Below are positions 10,421 through 20,321 of a DNA stretch of 39,467 nucleotides, in pieces. This stretch comes from a virus. Taxonomy: Duplodnaviria; Heunggongvirae; Uroviricota; Caudoviricetes. The notes under the pieces were generated by a model. The model was given only the letters and a program-made list of their open reading frames with translations. It searched no databases and was not told where the DNA came from. Each line of letters opens with the position of its first letter. Positions within the stretch are counted from its first letter, which is position 1. Both the position numbers and the translations under genes were made by a program. The stretch lies in the IMG/VR virus record IMGVR_UViG_2706794683_000014; one strand, written 5' to 3'.

Positions 10421-11536
10421 TTAAATCCCTGCTTTTCTGAATACCTGTGCATCACGCTCACGGAGCTGCTTCAGCGTCAGCCATTCGCCTTTATCGGTGT
10501 AAAATTCATCTGGCGACATACCACCATCCCGAATCAGCTTTGCTCGGCTTTCCCCCACAATCTGTTTTTGTCTGGTGTAAGGCTGACGCAAAAACCATTC
10601 CCTGTAGGTTGTATCTCCGGCCACCACGCCATCCATGCTGGCCCGCTCAGCCGGGGAAATATCGCGAACATCAATACCCAGTTCCTTCGCTGATTTCAGA
10701 ATGAACGTTTCCGTTGAGCGGCAGCAGAAATGAATTTTTCCCGGCCCCTGCAAATAAGGCACGCTGTGACCTACAGGTTTATTATTCAGCGTATATTTGA
10801 GGCGATCCCTGATTCGACATTGTGGCGTAGTACGATTATCAAGCGTTGATAACCATTGCTTACCCTTAATCAAATCATTATTCGCGCTGGCAAAACTCTC
10901 ACGGGCAGTAGCAGCAAGATGTCCAACCGCTGTTTTTGCAATGCTGGCCGCATTAGCCCGGCTCATCTGCAATGCACCATCCTGAAATCCCTTACTGACA
11001 TGTCCCCGAATTTTTCTTGCGATCTGCTCATTGGTATCCCCCAGCAAAAAACCCTGACGCACTGTATTTGTTATGCGTCTGAGCCGATCCGCCTCAAGAT
11101 CTGAGGCCCACTCACTGAGCAGTCGTCCCTGGAATGGTCGCGCCATTGCAGCGGCATAAAGTGCATCAGGAGAGATACCAACCAGAGGGTGAACATCAGC
11201 AACAAAATCAGGTAGCATAGAATCAAACAGACTTAACTGATAACCAGCCTCATAAATTGCCAGCTCGTTCAGCTCTCCGGAGAGACTGGTAAACATGCTG
11301 TTAATAGCAGTGCGGTTAACCTCTCTGACGCTCGCCAGAAGTGACTCCAGGCGCTTAACGGTAAAACTACCTGGATCGAGGCTGTCCAGTGCTATCAGCA
11401 GGCGAGCAGTAAGTTCCGCATCGCTGTCATTCAGTATTTTCACCATTCTGGCAGCCACGCCAGTGCTATAGCGGGATATCCAGACTGCATGAGCAATTGA
11501 TTCATCACGCAGCCGTTCATTCACGGTTTGCATCAT
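10421..11536 (-). CDS. Head morphogenesis / minor head protein (SPP1 gp7 / Mu F-like)
   Basis: 371 aa ORF directly downstream of the portal gene with a small overlap; family recalled from typical portal-adjacent minor head proteins. Confidence 0.65.
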   Translation of the reverse strand: MMQTVNERLRDESIAHAVWISRYSTGVAARMVKILNDSDAELTARLLIALDSLDPGSFTVKRLESLLASVREVNRTAINSMFTSLSGELNELAIYEAGYQLSLFDSMLPDFVADVHPLVGISPDALYAAAMARPFQGRLLSEWASDLEADRLRRITNTVRQGFLLGDTNEQIARKIRGHVSKGFQDGALQMSRANAASIAKTAVGHLAATARESFASANNDLIKGKQWLSTLDNRTTPQCRIRDRLKYTLNNKPVGHSVPYLQGPGKIHFCCRSTETFILKSAKELGIDVRDISPAERASMDGVVAGDTTYREWFLRQPYTRQKQIVGESRAKLIRDGGMSPDEFYTDKGEWLTLKQLRERDAQVFRKAGI

Positions 11537-12923
11537 TGATTTCCATCAGCATTACACTCTGATTTTTTAATTCATCGATCACTTCCTCTGGACGGGAATC
11601 CTGATCGATAAATTTCAACGCCTGCAACACCCGAACCGCATCAATCTGACGTATATCACCGCCCTGACGCAATGACTGAACAGCCAGCGCGGAGGATGAG
11701 TCAAACACCTGGGCAGATACATCCAGTTCAGTGCGCACATCCACATTGCCACCGCAACTCTCTCCGATCCATTCCGCCATTATCTGGAGAATATTATCGA
11801 GGGCATCTTCGAGGGAGTTCGCCATTGTATAAAGCGGCGAGTTTTCCTGCATTCGCTCTTCATTAGTCTGATCAACAGATTTGGTGGATGTATTTTCAGC
11901 ACGCAGAAGTTTAGCGCCGGCATGACGCATCTGATTTTCCAGCTTCTCAAGTGATGTTTCGCCAGATTCTATCGCTGCGCCACTATGTTCAACATATTCG
12001 AGGCCATTTTTTGTTCTGTCCTCAAAAATCGTAGCGGTGGATGCACCAACCGTCAGTTCTTCATTCCTGTCCAGCCCGTAGGCCACCAGCAATGGAACGC
12101 GGGCAACATGAAGAATATTGTCCTGCTCGCTCTGGCTTTGCCAGTGCTTGATATTCAGCAAGCCAAGATTAAGCAATGGCGGTGTACCACGCATAAATCC
12201 TGTTTTCTTCGTGTACAGTGTTACCAGAGGAATATCATCACGGCTGGTATTCCATGACTCATGAAGCGTCCAGACAGATTCGCCATTAGTGCCTTCGCTA
12301 CGTCGATAAATTTCAACTCGACGGGGCATAATATGGCGGATCTGCTCCACCTTCTTCTGCCCGAAATCATCACCATCAATAATGATGACCTCTTTTATAC
12401 GCAAATCAGTGAGAACAACTTTCCCTTTTTCAACTTTCGATTTCCATCCAATAACCTGGCGTGGATTCAGCATCGTAACGTACGGACGACCACCGGTCGC
12501 GTTTTCATCGGCTTTTGTCCGAATCTCTTTCATATCCGTTCGTGGATAGTCCACCAGCGCATGTGCCACACCATACTGAAATGCGAGGCTGAAAAATTGC
12601 TGCGCCCACACATCCAGTCGGCTCCCCTCCATGTCGATATTTTCTGCATATTCCCTGATTTTTGCCGGCGTTTCCTCACTCAATACTGTCGGCTCTGCAA
12701 ATATGCGCCCAATATTTTGCTTGATGCTTTCTTCATACACAGGAAGTAGCGTAGCCACAGACAGGCGTTTTTTATAAGCGTCTTCATCTTCGTTAGGCCA
12801 TTTTGGGAGATAATTTTCCCCCTGCCTGCGCATTTCAAGCGTACCGCCCATCAGTGCGTCGTTAATATCCCACGCCTCCAGCATATCGTTATAGTCGAGG
12901 TTGGGTGTTGATATATCAGCCAT
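11517..12923 (-). CDS. Portal protein
   Basis: 468 aa ORF immediately after the terminase large subunit; size and position are typical. Confidence 0.8.
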   Translation of the reverse strand: MADISTPNLDYNDMLEAWDINDALMGGTLEMRRQGENYLPKWPNEDEDAYKKRLSVATLLPVYEESIKQNIGRIFAEPTVLSEETPAKIREYAENIDMEGSRLDVWAQQFFSLAFQYGVAHALVDYPRTDMKEIRTKADENATGGRPYVTMLNPRQVIGWKSKVEKGKVVLTDLRIKEVIIIDGDDFGQKKVEQIRHIMPRRVEIYRRSEGTNGESVWTLHESWNTSRDDIPLVTLYTKKTGFMRGTPPLLNLGLLNIKHWQSQSEQDNILHVARVPLLVAYGLDRNEELTVGASTATIFEDRTKNGLEYVEHSGAAIESGETSLEKLENQMRHAGAKLLRAENTSTKSVDQTNEERMQENSPLYTMANSLEDALDNILQIMAEWIGESCGGNVDVRTELDVSAQVFDSSSALAVQSLRQGGDIRQIDAVRVLQALKFIDQDSRPEEVIDELKNQSVMLMEINDANRE

Positions 12924-12925
12924 AA

Positions 12926-14236
12926 TTAAATCCGAAGTGATGTGACTCTTCCGGTCGGTTTGACAATAGGGAATTGCTTAACGATGAAATAACCTCCGGC
13001 ATCATTCGGGTGATCATTGCCAGATTTTTTATCAGGCTCCCCCTTCTCATCCCAGACCTGTTGCTCCAGAGATTCGGCATATAACGGGCAACGCTTCACA
13101 TTAACTTTATAGCGACGCTCACCATTGGCATTGCAGAACATTGCATTCATTGAGTTAACGCGATCTTTTACTGGCGGGTTCGAGCTGTTCACCACAACGT
13201 TAAAACCAGCCTGCTTAAGCTGGGCTATATCCGTCGTACTTGCGTTACTTGATTTTCTGGAATCCCCGGAAGCATCTGGATAAATATAAATTTCCCTCAC
13301 TTTCCGGTAATCATTCCCATCATACAGCCAGAAGCGTTCTTTAATGATGCGGATCATATCCGGCGTATCGTAGGCATTGATGATTTCAGTTACCGCACAT
13401 GGAAGCCCCAAACGCAGCACATGGACGATTCCCGCCATCTTTCCAACGTTAAAATCCATCCCAATATAAATCGGCTCCCCTGGCTGCTCCACTTCTTCGC
13501 AATTATTCAGTTTCCGGTCAAACTGATGGTAAACAGTACCACTTGTCAGGTTAGTAAACTGTCCTCGAAGATAGGCTTTAATCAGCTCTGGAGGGTATGA
13601 TTCAAGAAGCGAAGGAATGTAATCTGCTGGCAGGTTCTTTTCATTATCGAAAGTAGATGCCTGCACCAGACCATACAGTGAGGCCAGCTCTGTTTTTTCA
13701 CGCACGGCTTTAACAAACTGCTCGTAGACAAATTTGAATCCTTCCGGCGTGGTTGTAACGTCAATACCGTTGCGAAGTCCATCAATCTTATAACGCATAC
13801 GTGCAATTATCTTGCGCCACGCCGTTCTGGCTTTTTCCTTCGGCAAAATGTCCAGTTCATCCACCAACGCATTACCAATTTTGAAACCGACGATCGTTTG
13901 TGGCTTCTCCATCGATCTGCAGATAGTGGTTCCCCGATACTGGCGTCCGTAATAAAAGTGAACCTCTTTATTTCCCTCATTAATTTTTACGTTCAATCCC
14001 CAGTCAGCAGCAACTTCTTCCACTGTAGGGTAAAAAATATCGCGAATTTGGGGATACGTTGGCGCAAAATATCCCTGATTTATACCTGGATGCTCCCAAA
14101 TCCCCTTGCATATGCCGCCACACCCAACCCATGTTTTGCCCGAGCCAAAACCAGCAATATAGGCTTTAAATTTATGGGGCATTGAAAGAAATCGCGCCTG
14201 AGGCACATTAAGCGTCGGAGAGATCATCTTCATCAC
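12926..14236 (-). CDS. Terminase large subunit
   Basis: 436 aa ORF; N-terminal P-loop-like AGFGSGKT (Walker A) and a downstream hydrophobic-run aspartate/glutamate (VDELD) consistent with a packaging ATPase. Confidence 0.85.
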   Translation of the reverse strand: MMKMISPTLNVPQARFLSMPHKFKAYIAGFGSGKTWVGCGGICKGIWEHPGINQGYFAPTYPQIRDIFYPTVEEVAADWGLNVKINEGNKEVHFYYGRQYRGTTICRSMEKPQTIVGFKIGNALVDELDILPKEKARTAWRKIIARMRYKIDGLRNGIDVTTTPEGFKFVYEQFVKAVREKTELASLYGLVQASTFDNEKNLPADYIPSLLESYPPELIKAYLRGQFTNLTSGTVYHQFDRKLNNCEEVEQPGEPIYIGMDFNVGKMAGIVHVLRLGLPCAVTEIINAYDTPDMIRIIKERFWLYDGNDYRKVREIYIYPDASGDSRKSSNASTTDIAQLKQAGFNVVVNSSNPPVKDRVNSMNAMFCNANGERRYKVNVKRCPLYAESLEQQVWDEKGEPDKKSGNDHPNDAGGYFIVKQFPIVKPTGRVTSLRI

Positions 14237-15302
14237 TCCTTACTCTGGCATCAACCACATTAATATTGATCGCCACAGGCTGGGGATGTTCATTATCTTC
14301 CACCGTTTCGATCTCTTTGCGCAGCTTCTGGTTTTCCATTCTGCGCCGTTCAATTTCCAGTTCCCGTAGCCGCTTATCTGCACATAAAGCCCCGCCAGCA
14401 GAAAACAAACGCAACAATTCACGCCGGGCGGCAGCCTTATCCTCCAGCAGGATCTCAACGCCGAATTTTCCGAATTTTGCCCCTGCATATAATTGCCGCG
14501 CATCCCCATCAAGCAGAGTGGTATCAGCCATATAAAGCTGTCCCGTTCCCTCACCGCAGCACTTCGGGCAGTCCGGATTGGGTATGGCGTTATCAACAAA
14601 GCCGAGGCCTCCATATTCCGGTTCGGGTTTGCCATCTCTGGAAGCCTGCGCCGCTGCCTTGTCGAATTCTGCTATATCGCGCCACTGGTAGAGATGATTC
14701 TCGCCCCAGCAATAACGGCAGTTAACACGGCGAAATTGTGCAAGCTGATTGGGGTCGGCCAGGACAATAGCCATCAACTGACTCACTAGTAAATCCAGGT
14801 CTGCGGTATAGCGTTTCTGGTACTGATTGCGGAAGTAGCTGATAGCGCGAAAAACCCTGGCATTTCTAAGCATACGACTGGCGTTGCTGTTAGCTGTCGC
14901 ACCTTGCCCCTCATAACCGGCTAGTCGGTACGCCTCTGTCGGCTTTTTACCCTGAGCAACAAGCATCGCAAACTTAGCCTGCTGGTCAGAAATGCCGAAT
15001 TCATCGGGACAGAACGAAAATTCCTCCGCGTCGCCCTCATTCAGGCCCGCATCGAATACTGGCTTTTTTTCCTGAGATTTTTCGTTCCGCTTTTGTGCAG
15101 TCTGCGCAGATTTTTTCTGCGCACTTTTTTGCGCAGTTTTGCACATTTCTGTCTGCGCATTTTTCGGAGTTTTTTTGATGTAACGACGGGCTGTTGCGTA
15201 ATTCAGTCCCCTTGCTTCACACCATGCCACCGGAGATATACCGGAGCGGGTGTATTCAGCAATATACTCCTGCTGCAACGCCCCCCAGTCCGGTCTGCTC
15301 AT
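14208..15302 (-). CDS. Terminase small subunit (putative; N-terminal helix-turn-helix)
   Basis: 364 aa ORF overlapping the start of the large subunit gene; N-terminal DNA-binding-like region; unusually long for a small subunit. Confidence 0.55.
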   Translation of the reverse strand: MSRPDWGALQQEYIAEYTRSGISPVAWCEARGLNYATARRYIKKTPKNAQTEMCKTAQKSAQKKSAQTAQKRNEKSQEKKPVFDAGLNEGDAEEFSFCPDEFGISDQQAKFAMLVAQGKKPTEAYRLAGYEGQGATANSNASRMLRNARVFRAISYFRNQYQKRYTADLDLLVSQLMAIVLADPNQLAQFRRVNCRYCWGENHLYQWRDIAEFDKAAAQASRDGKPEPEYGGLGFVDNAIPNPDCPKCCGEGTGQLYMADTTLLDGDARQLYAGAKFGKFGVEILLEDKAAARRELLRLFSAGGALCADKRLRELEIERRRMENQKLRKEIETVEDNEHPQPVAININVVDARVRSDEDDLSDA

Positions 15303-15305
15303 CAG

Positions 15306-15557
15306 TTAGTCCTGATTTTTATCCACCCTGAGTAGTTCGCGCAGAGCAAAGGCATCCCCTTTTCTGGCAAGCTTAAACAATGCCGCTCGTAACTCGGCTT
15401 CACCTTTCGCTCTGCCCTTACGGATGGCCGCATAAAAATCTGTCATTGCTTCCCGATTTTCTTTCAGTCGGTTCAGATCAACATCCAGAACGTCAGCGAT
15501 TTGTTGTGCAGTCATCCGGCACGCTGCCAGAGACTCGACTTTCGAATACGGAATCAT
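15306..15557 (-). CDS. Small helix-turn-helix-like protein (possible packaging or regulatory protein)
   Basis: 83 aa ORF directly upstream of the terminase small subunit gene; start uncertain because it overlaps the upstream ORF (alternative Met at 15515). Confidence 0.4.
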   Translation of the reverse strand: MIPYSKVESLAACRMTAQQIADVLDVDLNRLKENREAMTDFYAAIRKGRAKGEAELRAALFKLARKGDAFALRELLRVDKNQD

Positions 15558-16443
15558 TTGTCACCCCCATTGATATGCAGGGTGTCTTCTTCCTGTATTT
15601 TTCGTGAAGGATTTTTACTGCAGCGTTGTTCCAGGTGACCTGATGGTGAATGCGTTTATGACTGGCACCCATAAGTGAGATTTTTACGCACGACGGCGCA
15701 TACATGACGGAGTAAAAACTTTTAACGTAGGTTCCGGAATCCAGATACAGCTCGGTCATTCCGCCGCTGTTTTTCTGCGTCTGTTTCTGCCCTAACTGGA
15801 CAGCACCGATCGTCATAAACAATTCACCACAGCGACCGAGATTCGTGTACGTATTCACATCCTCGTTAATGCGCCCCATGAATGAGAACGGTCGATCAAC
15901 CGAACAGATAAAGCTGTTCATTGCCTTGCGTTTCACCCACGAAGCATGGCCGCCATTGTCACCAAGAAAATCCCCGCCCTGCGACATAGCGATGGAAAGA
16001 GCAGGTATTGATTCGTAGTACGCAAGCATTTCAGAAAGGATCTCATCCAGTTTCCTTATCGGGAAATAGGCCTGGTCATAGTTGCGATCCACCCGAAACT
16101 GGAACTCGTGATAATCATCATCGAGCTGAATGAAGTATTTACACCCGACCAGTTTTGCCTGGTCGAAACAGGCATTACGGGCGTAAAAAATTGAGCGGCG
16201 GTCACTAAAATTATCGGCTTCGTCAAAACGACTAGCAATATCGGCTTTGGAAAATACCAGCACCTGTTCACCAAATTCAGCCATGTACTGATGCCGTGTC
16301 TTATCTTCATCATCAACAACGATAAAAATTTTCCCGGTATAGCCAGCACGACGCAACGTCCGGTAAGTCAGAACTTTGTCCGGTCGCCCGTGAGTCAGAA
16401 TAAAGGCGCAAAAATCATCACGCATATTCCTCCTCCCCGCCAT
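15493..16443 (-). CDS. Hypothetical protein with a GT-A glycosyltransferase-like signature (DxD-like LDDDY)
   Basis: 316 aa ORF; CAFILTHGRPD ... IFIVVDDED ... YFIQLDDDY resembles the Rossmann/DxD layout of GT-A enzymes; motif-level only, no methyltransferase motifs seen. Confidence 0.35.
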   Translation of the reverse strand: MAGRRNMRDDFCAFILTHGRPDKVLTYRTLRRAGYTGKIFIVVDDEDKTRHQYMAEFGEQVLVFSKADIASRFDEADNFSDRRSIFYARNACFDQAKLVGCKYFIQLDDDYHEFQFRVDRNYDQAYFPIRKLDEILSEMLAYYESIPALSIAMSQGGDFLGDNGGHASWVKRKAMNSFICSVDRPFSFMGRINEDVNTYTNLGRCGELFMTIGAVQLGQKQTQKNSGGMTELYLDSGTYVKSFYSVMYAPSCVKISLMGASHKRIHHQVTWNNAAVKILHEKYRKKTPCISMGVTNDSVFESRVSGSVPDDCTTNR

Positions 16444-17206
16444 GCATGATCTCCACCATGCGCTGCGTCATTCGGACAAATCCATTTTCAATAGCCTGCT
16501 GATAATCAATGATCACCAGCGCCGACTCCTCGAAAAGGCACTGAATTTCAGCGGGGGCATGAGCGTAATAGTCCGCAATTCTGCTGAAATTAAACACCGT
16601 GTGACGTTCTGCTGCACACAGGAGGAATTTCTCAATATCAGGATCAAGGGACGCCGAACGTATCCGGCTGATCAGCTCCTGAGTTTTCGTATCGTCGTAC
16701 AGTTCACTGATATCCGGTTTACCGCCTGACGGCTCATAAACAGGCGTATCAATTTTCGTCGTATACGGCTCCTCCTCATTTCCTGTACCGGGCAAAACAT
16801 CCGTCAACAGTTCATCAATTTCTGCCGGGATGAAGCCTGTCAGGGAGACATCAAAATCAGCATTGATTAGGTCCGACAGCTCCATCCGCAACAGATCTTC
16901 ATCCCAGCCAGCATTCATCGGCAGGCGATTATCTGCCAGGCGGTACGCCTTTTTCTGCTCATCCGTCAGGCCAGACAGAACAATGACCGGAACAGAATCC
17001 ATTTTGAGCATTTCAGCCGCCATAACACGACCGTGACCCGCAATAATTTCGCCCTTTTCGTCAATCAGCACCGGATTAGTCCAGCCGAATTGCTTAATAC
17101 TTTCTACCAGTTGTGCCACCTGCTCAGTACTGTGCGTCCTGGCGTTGTGCGCATACGGTGACAATTCTTGTAATGGGCGATAGACTATCTTTAATTTCTC
17201 GCTCAT
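16418..17206 (-). CDS. ParB/sulfiredoxin-like N-terminal domain protein
   Basis: 262 aa ORF; N-terminal KIVYRPLQELSPYAHNARTHS ... IIAGHGRVMAA resembles the ParB N-terminal nuclease/CTPase-fold signature; acidic C-terminal region. Confidence 0.6.
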   Translation of the reverse strand: MSEKLKIVYRPLQELSPYAHNARTHSTEQVAQLVESIKQFGWTNPVLIDEKGEIIAGHGRVMAAEMLKMDSVPVIVLSGLTDEQKKAYRLADNRLPMNAGWDEDLLRMELSDLINADFDVSLTGFIPAEIDELLTDVLPGTGNEEEPYTTKIDTPVYEPSGGKPDISELYDDTKTQELISRIRSASLDPDIEKFLLCAAERHTVFNFSRIADYYAHAPAEIQCLFEESALVIIDYQQAIENGFVRMTQRMVEIMHGGEEEYA

Positions 17207-17221
17207 ACAGCCTTGCTTTAT

Positions 17222-17257
17222 GAATAAAACGCACCCCAGCAGCCAGTGCTACTGGGG
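17222..17257 (-). terminator. Putative intrinsic terminator downstream of trkG
   Basis: Imperfect hairpin ccccagcag...ctactgggg followed on the minus strand by GCGTTTTATTCA. Confidence 0.35.
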
Positions 17258-17343
17258 GCGGAGGTGTTGCTGGTAAAGTTAGGTATTGGATCAATGAGTG
17301 AGTCAACATAATATTAAACTCACAATTATAAATCAGCCATATA

Positions 17344-18801
17344 TTAGGAGCGCCAAAAAAAACCTGAAAACAATATAATAACAGGATAAATTTCAAGGCG
17401 ACCAAGAATCATAGCTATGCACATTAAATATTTTGCAATGTCATTAAGCACTCCGAATGACGATGCAGTAGCCCCAAAACCTAATCCCATATTATTAATA
17501 CATGCAGCCACTGTTGCAAATGATGTAAGAAAATCATATCCCATACCATTTAACACCAGTATAAAAAACACCGTGAAGAGAGTATAAAGAAAAAAGAAAC
17601 TCCATACAGACCTCATTACACGATCTGTAACTATCTTCCCTCCTACATTTACACTCAACAACGCTCTGGGATGAGAAAGCTGATTTATCTCGTGTTTGCT
17701 TTGTTTGAAAAGTATAAGAAATCGAAGTGACTTAATTCCACCACAGGTTGAACCTATACATCCCCCAAAGAAACTTGACAACAGCAAAAACACTATCGTG
17801 TGCGTGGGCCAGTTTGCATAATCCTGCGTAGCTAAACCATTATCAGTGAGCATGGAGCTGGCAAGAAAAAACGAATGAATAAAACTTCCATGCAAGTCAT
17901 ACATACCTATATGCCAGACCTGGAAAGAGGTAACAATGATCACCCCTAAGGCTATTAACAGAAAGAAACGAAGTTCAATATCTCTGATTAAAGGTTTTAT
18001 CGTTTTTCTGCTAATAACAATATACCAAAGAGTGAAGTTGAAAGCCGATAGCAGGGAAAAAGAACCAGCCACCAGCTCAACCAAATAGTTATTAAAATAT
18101 CCGATACTCTCGCTATGAGTTGAGAAACCACCAAGCGAAACTGTGGAAATCCCGTGACAAATAGCATCAAACAAAGGCATTCCTGCAAGTCTATAACAGA
18201 CAATACAAGCAATACCTAATAAAGAATAAGTTATCCACAGTGTCCGTGACGTATCGGCCAGGCGGGGAGTGAGTTTGTCATCCTTAAATGGCCCCGGCAT
18301 TTCTGACTGATAAAGCTTTGCACCACCAATACCCAATAATGGCAATACTGCAACCGCCAGAACAATAACTCCTAAACCACCTATAAAATTTAACTGTGAC
18401 CGATAGTACAAATATGCCCGAGGTAATGAACTAACATCATCAATTACAGTTGCTCCTGTTGTTGTTATTCCAGAAACCCCTTCAAACAGAGCATCAATGA
18501 ACGTTAAATTAAGTTCTGAGTCAATCCATAAAGGGAATGCACTAATAACAGAAAACAAAATCCAAAACATTACAATTATAATAAACCCATCACGGGTACG
18601 TAATTGAATGCCAGATTTCTTAGTTGTATACCACGCTCCGCCACCAATGCAAAAAAATATAACGAAAGTTATAAAGAAAACGAACAGGCTTTTTTCTTTA
18701 TAAAACAATGCTACAACCATTGGTGGCAACATTGAAAGACTATAGAGCCAAACCAGGAACCCACACATATGAGTAACAACTCTTACATGAGATGTATTCA
18801 T
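17344..18801 (-). CDS. trkG: Trk-system potassium uptake protein TrkG
   Basis: From the internal Met (MNTSHVRVVTHMCGFLVWLYSLSML...) the product is 485 aa, matching recalled K-12 TrkG; multi-pass membrane protein; AT-rich gene. Confidence 0.9.
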   Translation of the reverse strand: MNTSHVRVVTHMCGFLVWLYSLSMLPPMVVALFYKEKSLFVFFITFVIFFCIGGGAWYTTKKSGIQLRTRDGFIIIVMFWILFSVISAFPLWIDSELNLTFIDALFEGVSGITTTGATVIDDVSSLPRAYLYYRSQLNFIGGLGVIVLAVAVLPLLGIGGAKLYQSEMPGPFKDDKLTPRLADTSRTLWITYSLLGIACIVCYRLAGMPLFDAICHGISTVSLGGFSTHSESIGYFNNYLVELVAGSFSLLSAFNFTLWYIVISRKTIKPLIRDIELRFFLLIALGVIIVTSFQVWHIGMYDLHGSFIHSFFLASSMLTDNGLATQDYANWPTHTIVFLLLSSFFGGCIGSTCGGIKSLRFLILFKQSKHEINQLSHPRALLSVNVGGKIVTDRVMRSVWSFFFLYTLFTVFFILVLNGMGYDFLTSFATVAACINNMGLGFGATASSFGVLNDIAKYLMCIAMILGRLEIYPVIILFSGFFWRS

Positions 18802-18938
18802 ATCTAAATATTCTTTCAATTATAACCACCTTGCTGCAATATTATGATTATACTGTATAAAATTTAACTCCTCTTAGATCTTACTTCACTGTTCCTTATG
18901 AAACAATCATCAAAATGAATCATATTGTAGTTAAGATT

Positions 18939-19403
18939 TTACTTTAAACACTGCTCGGTTATGTATTGCTGAGCACCTTCAAGTTGGGCCTGCATCATTA
19001 CCAGTCGTTCCCGGAGGGTGAAATAATCCCGTTCAGCGGTGTCTGCCAGTCGGGGGGAGGCTGCATTATCCACGCCGGAGGCGGTGGTGGCTTCACGCAC
19101 TGACTGACAGACTGCTTTGATGTGCAACCGACGACGACCAGCGGCAACATCATCACGCAGAGCATCATTTTCAGCTTTCGCATCAGCTAACTCCTTCGTG
19201 TATTTTGCATCGAGCGCAGCAACATCACGCTGACGCATCTGCATGTCAGTAATTGCCGCGTTCGCCAGCTTCAGTTCTCTGGCATTTTTGTCGCGCTGGG
19301 CTTTGTAGGTAATGGCGTTATCACGGTAATGATTAACAGCCCATGACAGGCAGACGATGATGCAGATAACCAGAGCGGAGATAATCGCGGTTACTCTGTT
19401 CAT
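18939..19403 (-). CDS. rzpR: Spanin inner-membrane subunit (Rz)
   Basis: N-terminal transmembrane segment then coiled-coil periplasmic domain; follows the endolysin gene; contains the embedded Rz1 frame. Confidence 0.8.
   Translation of the reverse strand: MNRVTAIISALVICIIVCLSWAVNHYRDNAITYKAQRDKNARELKLANAAITDMQMRQRDVAALDAKYTKELADAKAENDALRDDVAAGRRRLHIKAVCQSVREATTASGVDNAASPRLADTAERDYFTLRERLVMMQAQLEGAQQYITEQCLK
18998..19183 (-). CDS. rzoR: Spanin outer-membrane lipoprotein subunit (Rz1), embedded in Rz in another frame
   Basis: 61 aa ORF inside Rz; lipobox LVVVGC followed by a proline-rich mature region ([16 protein letters not shown]). Confidence 0.8.
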   Translation of the reverse strand: MRKLKMMLCVMMLPLVVVGCTSKQSVSQCVKPPPPPAWIMQPPPDWQTPLNGIISPSGNDW

Positions 19404-19855
19404 TGCTGACCCCACAAACAGATTTCNNNNNNNNNNNNNNNNNNNNNNNNNNNNNNNNNNNNNNNNNNNNNNNNNNNNNNNNNNNNNNNNNNNNNNNNNN
19501 NNNNNNNNNNNNNNNNNNNNNNNNNNNNNNNNNNNNNNNNNNNNNNNNNNNNNNNNNNNNNNNNNNNNNNNNNNNNNNNNNNNNNNNNNNNNNNNNNNNN
19601 NNNNNNNNNNNNNNNNNNNNNNNNNNNNNNNNNNNNNNNNNNNNNNNNNNNNNNNNNNNNNNNNNNNNNNNNNNNNNNNNNNNNNNNNNNNNNNNNNNNN
19701 NNNNNNNNNNNNNNNNNNNNNNNNNNNNNNNNNNNNNNNNNNNNNNNNNNNNCCAGACCATCGTTACCACTTGGGCCAGTGATTAACACTGATGCTATAG
19801 CAATTGCTCCGCCACCAATAGCAGCAGCAACGACTTTTCGTAATGATGGAGGCAT
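19400..19855 (-). CDS. Signal-anchor-release (SAR) endolysin, phage-21 R type; interior masked by N
   Basis: N-terminus [34 protein letters not shown] and C-terminus EICLWGQQ match recalled phage 21 lysozyme; the same frame stays open across the N run. Confidence 0.75.
   Translation of the reverse strand: MPPSLRKVVAAAIGGGAIAIASVLITGPSGNDGLXXXXXXXXXXXXXXXXXXXXXXXXXXXXXXXXXXXXXXXXXXXXXXXXXXXXXXXXXXXXXXXXXXXXXXXXXXXXXXXXXXXXXXXXXXXXXXXXXXXXXXXXXXXXXEICLWGQQ
19427..19752. other. Masked/undetermined sequence (326 N)
   Basis: Run of n in the input, inside the endolysin gene. Confidence 1.
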
Positions 19856-20070
19856 TATTCACCTCTCGCAGCCTTGCGCTTATCTTCTTTAATCTTGAAA
19901 TAAAGGTTTGTCAGGTACGTCAGCAGGCCAAATACCAGACTACCCAGCACACCGATTGCAGCCCACTGTGACGGAGTTACTCTATCGAGCAACTGTAAAA
20001 ACCAGTAGCCAGCACTGCCTGCGGAGGTGCCGTAGGCAATGCCTGTTGAAATTTTGTCCATGGATTTCAT
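19855..20070 (-). CDS. Pinholin (S21-type class II holin)
   Basis: 71 aa from [26 protein letters not shown]..., near-identical to recalled phage 21 S; GGAGG Shine-Dalgarno 9 nt upstream; dual start motif MKSMDK. Confidence 0.85.
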   Translation of the reverse strand: MKSMDKISTGIAYGTSAGSAGYWFLQLLDRVTPSQWAAIGVLGSLVFGLLTYLTNLYFKIKEDKRKAARGE

Positions 20071-20321
20071 AGCCTCACCTCCGCACGGAACGGATGGCAT
20101 AGTTATTATGTGTAGGCTTTCAGACACATCAATCAGAGCCTTAATTGATATATATGCTGGAGACGATGCAATATAAAAAGCTCGCCGTAGCGAGCTAATA
20201 AAATGTATTTCTCTGATATTATGTTTATTTGTATTAGCTCAGACTTGACATCACAGGTTTCGTATATAGAACATCATCAAATCTGTCAGTTTGCTATGAA
20301 TGAGATATAGTAATTGAAGAG

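Noticed and set aside
19333-19786. ORFs made mostly of X residues spanning the N run (19333..19770, 19357..19782, 19403..19786), and the equivalent pairs at 27814..28206 and 37578..37946
   Set aside because: Artefacts of translating N; only the frames whose flanking residues match known proteins were kept.
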